Below the pieces are notes generated by a model. That model was not told where the DNA came from. It made no database searches and saw nothing but the letters and a program-made list of their open reading frames with translations. 64,000 nt of DNA, taken from NCBI GenBank assembly GCA_016748015.1, contig JAAOMT010000590.1, positions 429,912 to 493,911 of the forward strand. The letters are read 5' to 3'. Position numbers and translations under genes: made by a program. Numbering within the stretch: position 1 is the first letter of the stretch; each line of letters begins with the position of its first letter. Below are positions 1 to 12,991 of this stretch, piece by piece. Source of the DNA: Geosiphon pyriformis uo1. Taxonomy: Eukaryota > Fungi > Glomeromycota.

Positions 1-931
1 ATGGGGAGGGGGGATATTGAAAAAGGGTTCTTTGAACTTGTAAGAAAAAAATTATGATTTACAAACAAAAAATCTCTTGCCATCTTTTAAAAGTAGAGTT
101 TAATAAATTAAATTAATGAGACATAAATATATATGGTTTCAAAGCTTTGAAAAGTAAGATTTATTCATTCACAATTGAAATAATAGTTTAAGCAATTTTC
201 CTTCAAAAAAAAGAAAAAGAATGATTGTAATCAAAAATCTTTGTTTTTAAATTTTACGTCAATTGATTTTTTTTTTTAAATTAAAGCTCGATATTATAAC
301 ATCAAATTATTGATTGATTAATGGTTTTCTAATTTTTAAATTGAAATATTTTTACGTCTTCAAGTTAAAATATGGTCGGACTTTAAATAGTTTTGAATCT
401 AGGTCCCTAATGTTTCTAATTGTCGTTTAACATTTACTTTTTTAAGTTTTTTAAGTTATTTAAGTTATTTATTTATTTATTAAATTACTTAATAATTTAT
501 TTTTTAATCAAATAATTATTTTAATGATTATAATATTAAAAAAACAAATATCATTATCATAAATTTTGCAATCTTAATATTAATTTAAAATTTTTGTAAT
601 AATTTTTTTTTAATAATAAAACATATAAATTTAGTTTTATAATTAAAGTATATATTTTTTCAATAAATAATTAAAATAATAATAATAATAATAATAATAA
701 TAATTAATATTTTAATAACTTAATAATAAACGATTAAAACAAAAATTTTTTAAGAATAATATCATTAGATTGATTATATACTTTTAAATTTATATACGTA
801 TTATTTTTTATTTCAAACTTTTAAAAAAAAATTAATTTAAAGATTTTCAACCACATTTTATATTAATGAATTTATAAAAAAATAACCATTTATTTATTAG
901 AATAAATAAAAAAAGTAATAAAAACACTAAG

Positions 932-990
932 TAGTGTAGCTTTGGTCAGCTCGGGTGGCTGGTCACGTCTATTTCGGCCACACTCGTTAA
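932..990 (+). mobile_element. LINE 3'-UTR fragment with stem-loop, followed by an A-rich tail
   Basis: 932-968 aligns ungapped with the LINE 3' end at 52306-52342 (24/37 identical, nearly all mismatches transitions). The hairpin GGTCAGC/GCTGGTC is retained; A-rich run at 994-1023. Confidence 0.6.
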
Positions 991-1035
991 TGGGAAATAA
1001 AAAAATAAAAAATAAATAAAAATATTTTTTTTTTG

Positions 1036-1355
1036 CCGTATTTTCTCAGCATATCTCGCGGGATCTTATTCCCAATCACATTCCCATCGCGTCTTCGCAG
1101 TTAATAACCAAATCCCATCGCGCAAAATTCCTTACCAATGCAACAATCTACTTTGGCGTCCCCAAATCTCGTAATCGCATCCATATGCCAATTCTTATAC
1201 ACGAAACCCTTTGCCAAGGTCACGTACATACTCTTTAAATAATCATCAATCCCTTCCACATCAGTGTTAGTCATATTAGCTAGGATTCGACCTATACCCC
1301 AGCCCCTGGCCCACGAAATCCACAAATTTAAGCTTGATTTAGCTACAGCAACGAC
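1036..1355 (-). mobile_element. Diverged LINE ORF2 C-terminal fragment
   Basis: MYVTLAKGFVYKNW...NKIPRD resembles VYTALYKNFVFKDW...NELISCN in the LINE ORF2 C-terminus at 51871-52248. Confidence 0.65.
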
Positions 1356-1913
1356 GTGATTATTTATACAATTATAATTATTATAAAAAAATTCAAAATT
1401 ACATTATCTTGACATAAAATATTAACTTTTATATTGTAATAATAATAATAATAATAATAATGAAAAATTTAAAAATGTTAAATCAGTTTATAATATTTTT
1501 GTTTTTATATATGTAATTTGTTAATATCTAAAATTGAATTTTATCAAAATTATAAATTTTTAATGTGAACTTTAAAAATAATTAATTATATTTAATATAC
1601 AAAGGCGAAGTTTTTGGGAAAAATATCTATTAATATAGTTTATCGGCAAATCTATATTTTTAGCACAGAAAACGTTTGGCATGTTATTTATGCACAAAGT
1701 CAAACGATGACAAGTGAAAATATCAGCAAAACAAAATTATCATCAGTTGAATAGAAATTGTTGAACTTGGTAGTGCAAGAATTTCAACAACTATTTAGGC
1801 GAATAAAATCGATTGTATAATTTACAAATTGCAACGAAGCTAATCAAACTCTTCACCATTATCTGAAAATAAATAATTAGAAAAGGGAAAAAATGAAAAG
1901 TCAAAGGACTTGA

Positions 1914-4900
1914 TCATCTTTGAAGATTTTTTCCCTTGATAACCAGTTCAATTTCTTGCTGATTTAATGTTTCATAGTCCATTAGAGCTTTTGCAAGTCT
2001 ATGGAGTTCATCTTTATGTATCCTCAGAATATTGGATGCACGTGCCTGAGCATTCTGATCAGGAGGAAAAGATGAGAGATTGAATCACGAATACTTTGAA
2101 AACTTTCCACATTAAGATCCTCAAAACACTAACCTCTACTAAACCTCGAATTTCACTTTCAATCACCAATTTGGTTTGTGTGCTTAATTGTTCCATATCT
2201 TCCTCCGGATGTGATATAGGGCCAATCTGATGTGAAATAAGAGTGAACAGGAATTAATATAATATAATTTGTCTGGTTGAATATTTTATTTTAACTCGAG
2301 ATTTTTACCTTATCACTCATTCCGAACTGTGTGACCATTCGTTTGGCTACATCTGTAGCTTTCATAATATCATTATGTGCTCCTGAGGTAACATTATCCT
2401 TTCCGAAAATCATTTCCTCCGCGACCCTCCCACCCATACAAACATCAATTTGAGCGAGATATTCTTTTTTCGTATATGAATCTTTGTCCATCTCTGGCAA
2501 CTGAACTGTCTATGGATTGAACAAATAGTGGAAATTGTAGTAGGGTTTAAAAGAGAAGAACGAACTCAAAATATTAATTATGGGGAAAATACCATGCCAA
2601 GGCTGGCTCCTCTTGGCATAATGGTCGCTTTGTGTAGTGGCATTGCCCCGGGGGTATATAATGCAACTAACGCGTGCCCTCCCTCATGGTATGCTGTGAC
2701 ACGTTTGCTTTCCTCAGTAATGACCGCAGACTTACGTTCTGCTCCCATCAAAATTTTATCTTTGGCATATTCCATGTGTGTCATGGTCACTTCACGTGCG
2801 CCATCACGAGAAGCCTGTATGGCAGCTTGATTTACTAAGTTTGCCAGATCAGCACCAGAAAAGCCGGGAGATCCTCGAGCGATGACACTCATATCGACGT
2901 CTGTATTCATCAAGAATTAGTGAGTGTTAGTCAAATTATCAGTATTTAAACAAAAACTGCGAGAGATCCTAAACCTTTGGCTAATTGTACATCCTTCAAA
3001 TGATGGGATAATATTTGCATACGCCCACGAACGTCTGGAAGAGGAACTGCAACATGTCTGTCAAACCGACCAGGACGAACTAATGCTTTATCCAATAATT
3101 CTGGGAAATTTGTAGCGGCAATAAATATTACGCCTTCTGTTTGGGAAAAGCTGTTATTGTGAAACAGAAAAATTCGGTTTAAATCAGGAGGTATGCATTT
3201 TAATAAAGTGATAATTAAGGTATACAAACCCGTCCAAATCAACCAATAATTGATTTAGGGTTTGCTTCATATATGTTTGATCTTTGGGATTTCGCTTTGA
3301 GCCAATAGCGTCTAATTCGTCAATAAAGACAATACTAGGAGCCTTACGCCTAGCAGCAGCTATACCAAAAAAAAGAAATATGTGAATATAGTGCGAAGAT
3401 ATTCAACTCATCTTTTAAATAACAGCGGCAATAAATCAGATTATAATCACCAAATAATTCACGAACTCTTCTTGCTCCGACACCAACATACATTTCGTCG
3501 AATTCGGAACCAGACATGAAAAAGAAAGGAACCCCAGCTTCGCCGGCAACAGCACGAGCCAATAAGGTCTTTCCCGTTCCTGGAGGTCCTGTCAGCAGGA
3601 CACCTTTTGGCAAACGTCCACCTAAACCGGTAAACTTTGATGGATCTTTCAGGAATTCGACCAATTCCTCTAATTCTTCTTTTGCTTCGTCTACACCGTG
3701 AACATCCGAAAATTTAACCACCTGTTGTGACGATGGTTCATACTCGGTTTGTGATGCCCCAGTCTTTAAGAGTCCAGAATTTTCCAATGCAAGACTCAAG
3801 AAAGTAAGAATGCAAAAGGCATAGGTGAAAGTTATTCCAACCCAGCGTAGTGCACGCCAAAACATATAGCCCCTTGCTAATAGTAAAAATAATATTAGAT
3901 TATTAAAAAGAATATTTTAAACAGACCAATTTGCTTAAGATTAAAAAAGATCTACCTTCTTCTATCACTACATATATAGGATTTTCTTTACCACCTGTTG
4001 CCGAAGAAAGGTTCCCTAAGTTATTCTGTACGGTTGCCTTTTTTCCAGTACCGCCGACAATAGCTTGAACCAAATCAGCGGTTGCAATTCCTTTAACTGC
4101 TAGAAAAGCAAGCCAATTTGATAGAGAAAATTTCAATCAAAAAGAGATAATCATGATCATTTCGAATGATAGCAAAAGATTTTTTTGTTGGCACTTGGAA
4201 GAAAATCTACCGTCACGTCCTCCCATAGAAGATTGTTCCAATTTTTGAACTATGTTTGGAAGAATTTTTTCAGCTTGATCGGTTCTTGCCAATGCAGTAA
4301 TATAAGCCTGAAAACATTCTTCGTTTTGTGCGAATTTGCCGTGTTCGAAACGAGCTATAACCACATGTGGGTTATTAGATTTCAAAAGTTCCTGGTGAGC
4401 CGCCGAATATATTTGACATAGTTCAAAATTTCAAATATATTCCAGTAAGCAACAATATTCCCAAATTCTCGTGCTAAAATTTTCTCTCCCTAATTCTTTC
4501 TCGTTCCCAAGACCAAGTTGGCTCCAATTTAACGTACTTTATAAAATTCTGCCTGCTTTGACGCGTCATTTGGAAATGAGTTTGCATCAATTTCCATTTG
4601 TTGAAGCCGTCTATGATTTACGAAACGGAAAGCACTGTTTGTAACGTAGTACCGTCGTTGAGGAGGATGGGAATTGGTGTAGCCTTCATTTAACATAAAA
4701 ATGAATCAAGATAGGCTTAGAAAGTTTTCTTTAATATGTTATGAGTCATAGAGAATAAAAAAGCACATACCATTTCCTTTCAGTTTCATCATTGATATTA
4801 TATATGGGTTATCAATTGCCCTTGGCCGTCGATTCCCCCAATTTGTAGGTGTTAGACGATTTAAATTACCTGCATTTTTGAAAGATAAAATTCTTATCCA

Positions 4901-5420
4901 TTGTAAAAAGAGGCTCATAGTATATTAGAGCTAAACTTGTTTTATCCGATAATAAGGTCCGACCTGTTACTTGCGAAAGTATTGATGTAACATCAGTATT
5001 TTGGATGGAAGGATGCCGTTTCAAAATCGAAATTGCATCAGCCAAAGCTAACGTTTGTATTGAATCTATTTTTCGACAAAGGCGAACGCATTCCGGCAAA
5101 TCTCGAACCTTTATGTTGAAGGAACACGTTAAGAGAAGCTAAAATTTTATAAGGGATTAATAAGTTTTTTAAATGACCTGTAAATTAGTTAACGCAGTTT
5201 TTGATGAAGGTGATGGTTTATTTTTTGGGGAAACGGAATACGGAATTTTCAGCGATTGCAGGAACAAAGAAGTCTCAGAGACCAGGCCAGTAAACTAATC
5301 ACAAAATCGTTAATGGTTAGTAAGGGATTAACACTTTTAGTGGTCTAAAAAATGAATATAAATATTTTAGCATGAATTTCATACCTGCTGAGCCAAGGAC
5401 AGGGTGCACTGGGTTTGCAT
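1914..5420 (-). CDS. YME1: Mitochondrial i-AAA metalloprotease (FtsH family), multi-exon
   Basis: Walker [42 protein letters not shown] zinc motif and M41 domain across GT-AG introns. Probable ATG at 5420, TGA at 1914. Confidence 0.95.
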
Positions 5421-5746
5421 TAATGGCAGGAATGAATGTTCAATGGTGTTAAAAGGAACCAAAGTTTCTTTTTGGCGAGACTGGTGGCTTAGTGAGATTT
5501 ACAGGTTACTTCACGTGGTCATCGATCAAGGGGCATCATAAATAGGGGAATAAAAACGCACTAATAATTGCCTAAATTGGTAATTGATGGCAAATTCGTC
5601 TTCGGAATTGGGGATCGACATAGAGATACTTATAGTGTTCCACGAACTCGCAGTGAGCGAAACTTCCAAATCGAAGAATATACTATTTCAGATATCTTCT
5701 TCCTCTTTTATCAAATAATCTTTTGAAACCCGATATTTTAGAAACG
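5421..5746. promoter_or_regulatory. Short divergent promoter region with CACGTG (5512-5517)
   Basis: 326 bp between head-to-head start codons; one palindromic E-box. Function not demonstrated. Confidence 0.4.
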
Positions 5747-6198
5747 ATGCGTTCTTTTCCAAGATGGACAATTTTCATAATTTCCATCCTCTTATTTGTT
5801 TCTTTTGTCTTGGAAGTGTCCGCAGAACCTTGGTGGAAGAGACGTATGTAAAAAAATGAAATGCAACAAACTTTCATGGGTGAGATTTTTGAGTTTCAAG
5901 AGAAATATTATTTACTAAAAGACTACATCTTGTTCGGCTATTACAGAACCACAACAAAACAGCAACAATAGTAATAATAGCGGTGCAGTACAAAATACTG
6001 ATGGTGGTGGGGGCGGTCAGAATAATGGAGGTGGCACTGGCCAAGGTAGCAACATCACAAATAACGGAGGCAAAAATCAAGGTGATAACGGGGGAAATAA
6101 TAACCAACAGCAACAACAGCAGTCATCTAACAACACTTCATCCTCGTCTTCTTCATCAAACAATAACAATGGAAATTCCAATTCAACCAGTAATGGTA

Positions 6199-6240
<42 letters not shown>

Positions 6241-6880
6241 GTAATTCTTCACCGACGCCAACGAATAGTACAGGAACAAAAACTAGTAACACATTTAATC
6301 CCCAATTGGGAGCACCGGCCATTCAAATGACCACTCCGGCTATAACTCAAGCTAAATCACTTTATAAGATTGGGGCTACCGCTACATTTGGATGGAAATG
6401 GTTAAATTATCCAAGAAAACTACCTACAGCTATCAATGTTTTCTCTCAGGCTTTAACTAGCAAAGTATGGTATACAATCGCCGCAAATATCTCAGGAAGT
6501 GCAACTAATTGTACATGGGATACCTCTCAACAAACTAGTCCACCTTTGGTAATGGGGGATTATACTTTAGTGATCACTGATGAAAGGGGGAAAGACCCTC
6601 CTACAGCTGATTTTAGTCGATTTTCACCCTTCTTGGCTTTGACATTTTCTATGTATTTGCCTCAATCTTACACCGCTCTTCCTGGTTTGTGATAACTTAT
6701 TATTTTTTCGGAATTGCTGATCATTTATTTTTCACTAAGTCTTTAATTTTTATTTCTTATATTTTAGGTTATATCTGCGCGACTTGTTATAGTGATGGAT
6801 CATTCCCATTAGTTCCAATCGTTATGACTTTTGGTGTCACAATAATAACCGTGGTGACATTCGGTTTCTTTATGATTTAG
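5747..6880 (+). CDS. Secreted or membrane-anchored fungal protein with Asn/Gly/Ser low-complexity region (DUF7137-like), 3 exons
   Basis: Signal peptide MRSFPRWTIFIISILLFVSFVLEVSA, Kex2-like KR, an (AAT)n-encoded poly-Asn, a beta domain (YKIG..TFGW..WDT..YTL..MYLPQSY), CATC and a hydrophobic C-terminus. Introns at about 5844-5946 and 6685-6767. Confidence 0.8.
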
Positions 6881-7303
6881 CAAGAAATAATTTCTTTTAG
6901 ATGGTCTCGATTCTTATTTAGATTATCGATGTTCCATTATTACCTTTTGTCATGCAAAAAACATTTTGTTAGAAGGGTGAGAGTTCAAGGGTTCATCGGA
7001 TGGTAGCATCATTACAATGCAAAATATTGTATTTTTCTTCCGGTTGTATTCTGTTCAGAATTTTCGTATTATCAACGCGTGTTATTACTTATATGGTATA
7101 GACTTTTTTTTTAGAGTAAAAATTATAATACCAGATCTCAAATGTAACAAAATCCTGATTCTAGTAAAAATTCTTGTGATTTTGAAGAATTTTGTTTTCA
7201 TCAGCAAATGCATTTAAATTGATTGGCATTTGCTGCAGTCTTCAATCTAAATTTTTACGGTGTATTACTTTCCTCTCAACTTCTGCTACTAAACATCTGC
7301 AAG

Positions 7304-10300
7304 ATGCCTGAACCAAGTGGTAGTCCACAATATAAAGCGGCAACAGTTCGAATTCAACCAAGAGACAAAAAACTTTCCAAACTACAAACCCTGAGTAGAC
7401 TTTCTGCACCGCCTATTTTAGAAATTGCTGATCTGCCTGAGCTCCCAGAGCGTCTTGTTTTAAATAAATTTGCACTTTATGAGACCAAAGCCGTGAGTGA
7501 TTTGCAAAGTCCTGAGGGAATCCATGATTTTTGATTCATTGAGGGGAAAATTTTGAATTCCCATGAAATTAATTAACACAGAATTACTACATGATCGGCT
7601 CGAATCAAAGTGACAACCGATTTCGTATTTTGAAAATTGATCGAAACTCAGCAAATGAATTGAACGTAATTGAAGACGATGTAATCTATTCAAAACAACA
7701 AATCAATGATATTTTGACTGTGCTTGATGAAGGAAATAAAATTTCTGGGGGGCTAAAAAAAGTTTCCTGTGTTTTTGGAATTGTGGGTGGGTATGATGAG
7801 ACATTTTTGGGAAGAAAAGATTGTTGCTTGTATTATTTTTGATATCGTGCCTACTAGCGAGGAGATCTAGGTTTAGATTTTATAGAGAAATTTTGAATTA
7901 TTGAATATTACTATCTTTATTATAAGACAAACAACATACATTCTTGAAACTTTAAGATCCAAAAATGAAAAGGATTTTTACCAACTTGGAACATAACCCC
8001 GTGAAAACGAGCCATTTCCAAAGCATATTCCCGGTAATTATTCCAACTATTAACAGATCTTTTCAAATATACAAAACAGGTTTTATTCGATTTACCGAGG
8101 GGTATTATATATCTTTGGTGAAAAAAAGGAATCCAGTTGCCTTAATTGGTGGCCATTACATATATCATATCGATGAGACAGAACTCTTAAGTATCAGCTC
8201 TAATAATAAGCATGAGAGAAATTCTAACGAACAAAGGTAATTGTTGGATTGATGATTTTTTGAGAGAATTCGGTAGGAATTTGAATTCTCAGAGTGCTAT
8301 CATTGACTAATTCTAAATTATGTTTTTTTCTTAAAAATTCGATTTCGAATTATATCGATCTTTCTTCGGTGCTGCTATGCCACAGGTATGTTAACACATT
8401 TAAGAATGTAGATCTTACTAAAAATTTTTATTTTAGCTATACCTACGATATCACACACACACTACAACATAACATAACTCGACCGCCGAATCGAAGGAAT
8501 TTTTCGTATAACGATATGTTTGTTTGGAATCATTATCTTCTCGAAACAGGATTTCGATCATTGAAGAATAATTCTGATTGGATTTTACCGATTATTCATG
8601 GATTTGTGGATCAATCAAGTGAGAATTATGGGAATTGATTTAATGATAATTTGAGAGGGGTAGAAATAATGAAATTTTTAAAGTTTTTTCCTATTATTGT
8701 CAATTACTTAATATGAAAATTTTCGTATTGCAGAAATATCAATATATGGACGTAATATATTCGTCACCTTAATCGCACGACGATCTCGATATTTTGCCGG
8801 AGCCCGTTTCCTGAAGCGGGGTGTGAATGATAAGGTTAGTTTAAATTTGATATTTTATTTCCTTATTCATTGTGAAGCGGTATCACTCATTTTTCTCGAC
8901 GACTCGCACCATACTTGAATTATCCTTCGCTGATAGGGGTATGTGGCTAATGACGTGGAAACCGAACAAGTTGTCTCCGAAATGAGTACCACCTCATTTC
9001 ATATGTCGGGCGATAGATTGTTTGATAATCCACATTATACGTCATATGTTCAACATCGTGGCTCGATTCCTTTGTTTTGGTGTCAAGATTCAACGAATAT
9101 GGTACCCAAACCCCCGATAGAACGTTGGTATTTGTGGGTTTTAAATATTTTGACTGATGATCTTTCACGATATAGAAACATTAATATTCCTCTTTAAAAT
9201 TCGAAATAATTGCATGAAAGTAACCTTTCGAGATCCATTTTTTGCCGCGGCGGCTTTGCATTTCGATAATATGTTTAAACGATATGGAGCTCCTATTATA
9301 GTATTGAATCTGATTAAAGTTCGTGGTTATCTCAAAATTAGAATTTTTTTTAATTTTGGATGATATTAAAGTTTTTGAATTTCAATCCGATTTATTTAAA
9401 GATAAAGGAAAAAAATCCACGTGAATCAAAACTTGGAGGAGAATTTGCGGAATGTGTCGAATATTTAGGACAGTTCCTTCCTTCAGGCTCTATCACATAC
9501 ACCGCATGGGATATGTCCAAAGCCAGAAAAAGGTATTAGGCTTGAAATTATATTAAACAATCAATACACTGACGATTTTCTTTGAAAAATTTAGTGATGA
9601 AGATGTAATTGATTTCTTGGATAATTTTGCCGAGCAATTTGTGGCGGCAACTGGTTTCTTTCATAGTGGTCCAGAGCCTTATATCAATGCGTTGAAGAGA
9701 AAAGAAAGGTAAAATTTATTTTCATTTTGAAATTGTTAAAATATTTGTATTAAAAAATTCAATTAATTTATCTTTATTTAATTCCAAAAAGCGAAGGAAA
9801 ACCACAAATTCGACGAAAAAAATTTCGTCAAAATGGAGTTGTTCGTACTAATTGCATTGATTGTGTGGATAGGACTAATGCTGCTCAAATGATTATAGGG
9901 AAAGTGGCGTTAGGTCATCAGGTATTAAATAATGCTTTGTTTTGGATGAATGTTCTCAAAACATTTTTATTGTAATTTCACAAAATCTTGATTTATGAAT
10001 ACTTTAATCGATTTCTTTCTAGCTCTACGCTTTAGGCGTTATCGATCATCCTTCGGTTCCTTTTGATTCAGATGTGGTAAATATGCTTATAGATATGTAT
10101 CATGATCATGGGGATACTATTGCATTACAATATGGTGGATCAAATTTGGTAAATACCTTAGCCGCTTATCAACGTATAAATCAATGGTCCAGTCATTCTA
10201 GAGATATAATTGAAAATATAAGGCGATATTACAATAACGCGTTTGTTGGTAGTTATCACAACATTGAATTTTGAAATTTAATCTCCCGTCTCTAATTTTT

Positions 10301-11698
10301 TAAAGTGAATTAACCTGCTTACTTCCATTCATTTTTTTGTCGGATAATATTTTTGTACCTATAAGATAATGATAAACAAGGAGCGATCAATTTGTTCTTG
10401 GGAAATTTCGTACCTCAAAAAGATCATCCAACCCTTTGGGAACTTCAAAGTGATTATATTCTGCATAATGAAGACCCGAGGTTTAGAAGGCCAAGAAGGA
10501 GGTAATATTTTAATTTTGCTCGTTTCAATTGCTACATTGTCTGCACCTCTTTAATCTCTCTCCTTATTGCTAATTATAAGCTATATTAATTGGTGGACAA
10601 AGGATGCTCTGATCCCTAAAGAAGATAAAGAACTAGATGTAACTCGATATCAGTTAATACCGCGATTAGCCAGGCAGTTTGATGATGGAGATTCATATGG
10701 TGGTTATTGGGTCGAATATTATCGCCCTCGTCTATTCACATCATTTGAGAATTTATTTGCTTATAATATGAATAGTACAACAAAATATTTTTTCCAAAGG
10801 TAATTCATATATAAGTCTAATTCAGTAATTAATTCTTTAATTGAGCGATTGATAATTTTTTGAACTCGAATCCAAAAAATAGGGTCAGCTCTGAAGTTTA
10901 CGATTATAGTCCATTCACGGTACGACAAACACAACCAACACGGTTAGTATTAATTTCCGAATTTGAGGTTTTAAAATCTTATAATCGGCATGCATAGCTC
11001 GATCGTAAAACACGAAATGAATGATTCTGTTGTTGCTGCTTAACAGATTAAATATTGGCGGAGTTAAACGATGGCTCACACTGACCAATAGGCCTTCGAA
11101 AGAAAGTACGATTGACGATGAGAAAGAGAAAGAAAAAGAGAAGCAAAAAAAGGAGAAAAACACATCACCATTGATGAATGTGCTTGTTGCAAAGAGTCTT
11201 GATCCATCGGTTTCGTCAAATGAAATGAAAGAATATACAAGGTTTTTGATTTTACTTTGTTATCTGGAAAAAATTCTTATTAGTCAATATTGGAGGTTAA
11301 TGAAAAACTTTTTCATTAGATACATTAATCAATTTCGTGATGTCACCCTGGCCTCAACTCCAATTGGTGACAACGATCCTTCTCTCGCCATCCATCCTGA
11401 TTATCATCACTACGCAAACTATACACGTTTAGCCGAAGGTGTTCATCCAAAAGATTTATGTATCCATGCAACCGATGAGCCAGTTTACGAAGACGCGATA
11501 GAAGTCCCAAAAAAGGCCATGCTTTTAAAAGGTGTTGGGGCTACTCATTATTCGAGTGGTGGCGCCGCAAAGAATCGATACCAAGCTTACGAGAGTTGGT
11601 TAAAAACTGGTCGCCTTGTCGGTAGTCAAACATGTTCGTCACTACGCAAGACGAAAATTTCAGGCATCAATTCCTTTAAAAAAGTTAATAAAAAATAG
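7304..11698 (+). CDS. FIG4: PI(3,5)P2 5-phosphatase, SAC domain, multi-exon
   Basis: [63 protein letters not shown], catalytic [12 protein letters not shown] and [12 protein letters not shown] across GT-AG introns. Confidence 0.93.
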
Positions 11699-12032
11699 GC
11701 AAGTGATGTGAATTCGTGATTATTTAAGACTTATAATCTACTGTACACTATCACAAAATTTTGTTCGCAATTCTTGCATTTGTATCATATTTTTAATGTA
11801 AATTGTATTTTCTGAATTTTGAGTCCAGATTTAATTTTCCAAAGTTTATTATTTAATTTATTAATCTATTATATTTATTTATGAAACGTATTATATATAA
11901 AAACTAATTAAAAAAATACAATACTATCATATGATCAATAAATTATATTTTAAAAAAAGTTTTTTTTAAAACCATGTTTATAAAACAAATGCATTGTAAA
12001 ACTCGATCATTAATTAAATTATCATTTAAACT

Positions 12033-12773
12033 ACCCGAGTCCAATACAAAAATTCTTTAAGCTTGCCATCTAACATTATCTTGTGAGGAACAGGTCACTT
12101 ATTATTATGCCTCTTTTTTCTAAATAAAGAGGCCACAAAGCACTCTTATCATTATACAAGCGTCGACGGATTATGAAAGATGAGTGATATAGAAACGGTT
12201 CCATGTGGATTTCTGTAAAAATTATCATTGTTTGTCGCAAGTCTTTTCGAGATCGCAATGATAGTGTGCTGATAGACCTTGCCGATTCACATTATGCTTA
12301 ATTACTTCTTCCCTAGCAATAAATGCTTATCGATTGCCTCATCAATAATATTCGCGTGCACACCCAAAGCAACATTCCGAGATGCGCTACAATTCACATG
12401 AACTTGCGCTCGCCCATATTTCAGCTCTTGTGAATTTCTTCTCTTCATGTTCATTAGCGTCTTTTCCTGCTCGAACATCTGTGTGTAAAGCTTAAGTATC
12501 TTGGATCGAAGCTTATTGTAATTGACTGATATGAGAACTTTTAGTATAAAAGTGGCAATATCGAATCCAGTAGACAACAGTATTATAAGCAAATCTCGTC
12601 AAGCCCAACCACTGCTTCAAGAGCTGCTTTTAAGGATGGTTCGGATACACCTTGATTAATAGTGTACGATTGAAAGTATCTTTCATCTTCTGGCGTTTGC
12701 GATGAGCTGCTATTGCTTTTCCCTTGGGCCTTTCGCCTGTTCTAACGCTCTCGTCAATGGCAGGCATGCTCAT
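12033..12773 (-). pseudogene. Degenerate, 3'-truncated Fanzor2/TnpB-like endonuclease gene
   Basis: RTLLIKVYPNHP*KQLLKQWLGLTRFAYNTVV (12668-12573) matches the HTH_OrfB pattern YPxxxQKxxLxxWxGxxRFxYN. Then VHANIIDEAID, LRSRKDLRQTMII and a RuvC-I-like RIFVLDSG (12056-12033). Contains stops and frameshifts. Confidence 0.8.
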
Positions 12774-12991
12774 TGAAGGTCACCTCGTGGAAATCGAGAG
12801 AGGAGTTGCTTTTATTGCTCGAGATTCTCTTTTGCTTTGCAATAGAGATACGGGCATAGTATCAGCATTTTGAGAAGTTAGCTTGGGAAAGAGGGATATT
12901 TATTTTCAGTTTCACAGAATATCTGTTTTAGACAGGATCACCATTATATAATCTACTTTCCCAAATTCTTTTTTTTAAGGGAATTTACACC

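Noticed and set aside
2528-4421. Plus-strand ORFs overlapping YME1
   Set aside because: Antisense shadows of conserved exons.
5874-6330. Hydrophobic poly-I and poly-L ORFs
   Set aside because: Alternative frames and antisense of the Asn-rich exon of the 5747-6880 gene.
12076-12592. Two small hypothetical ORFs treated as a host gene
   Set aside because: Better explained as frameshifted pieces of the Fanzor-like relic.
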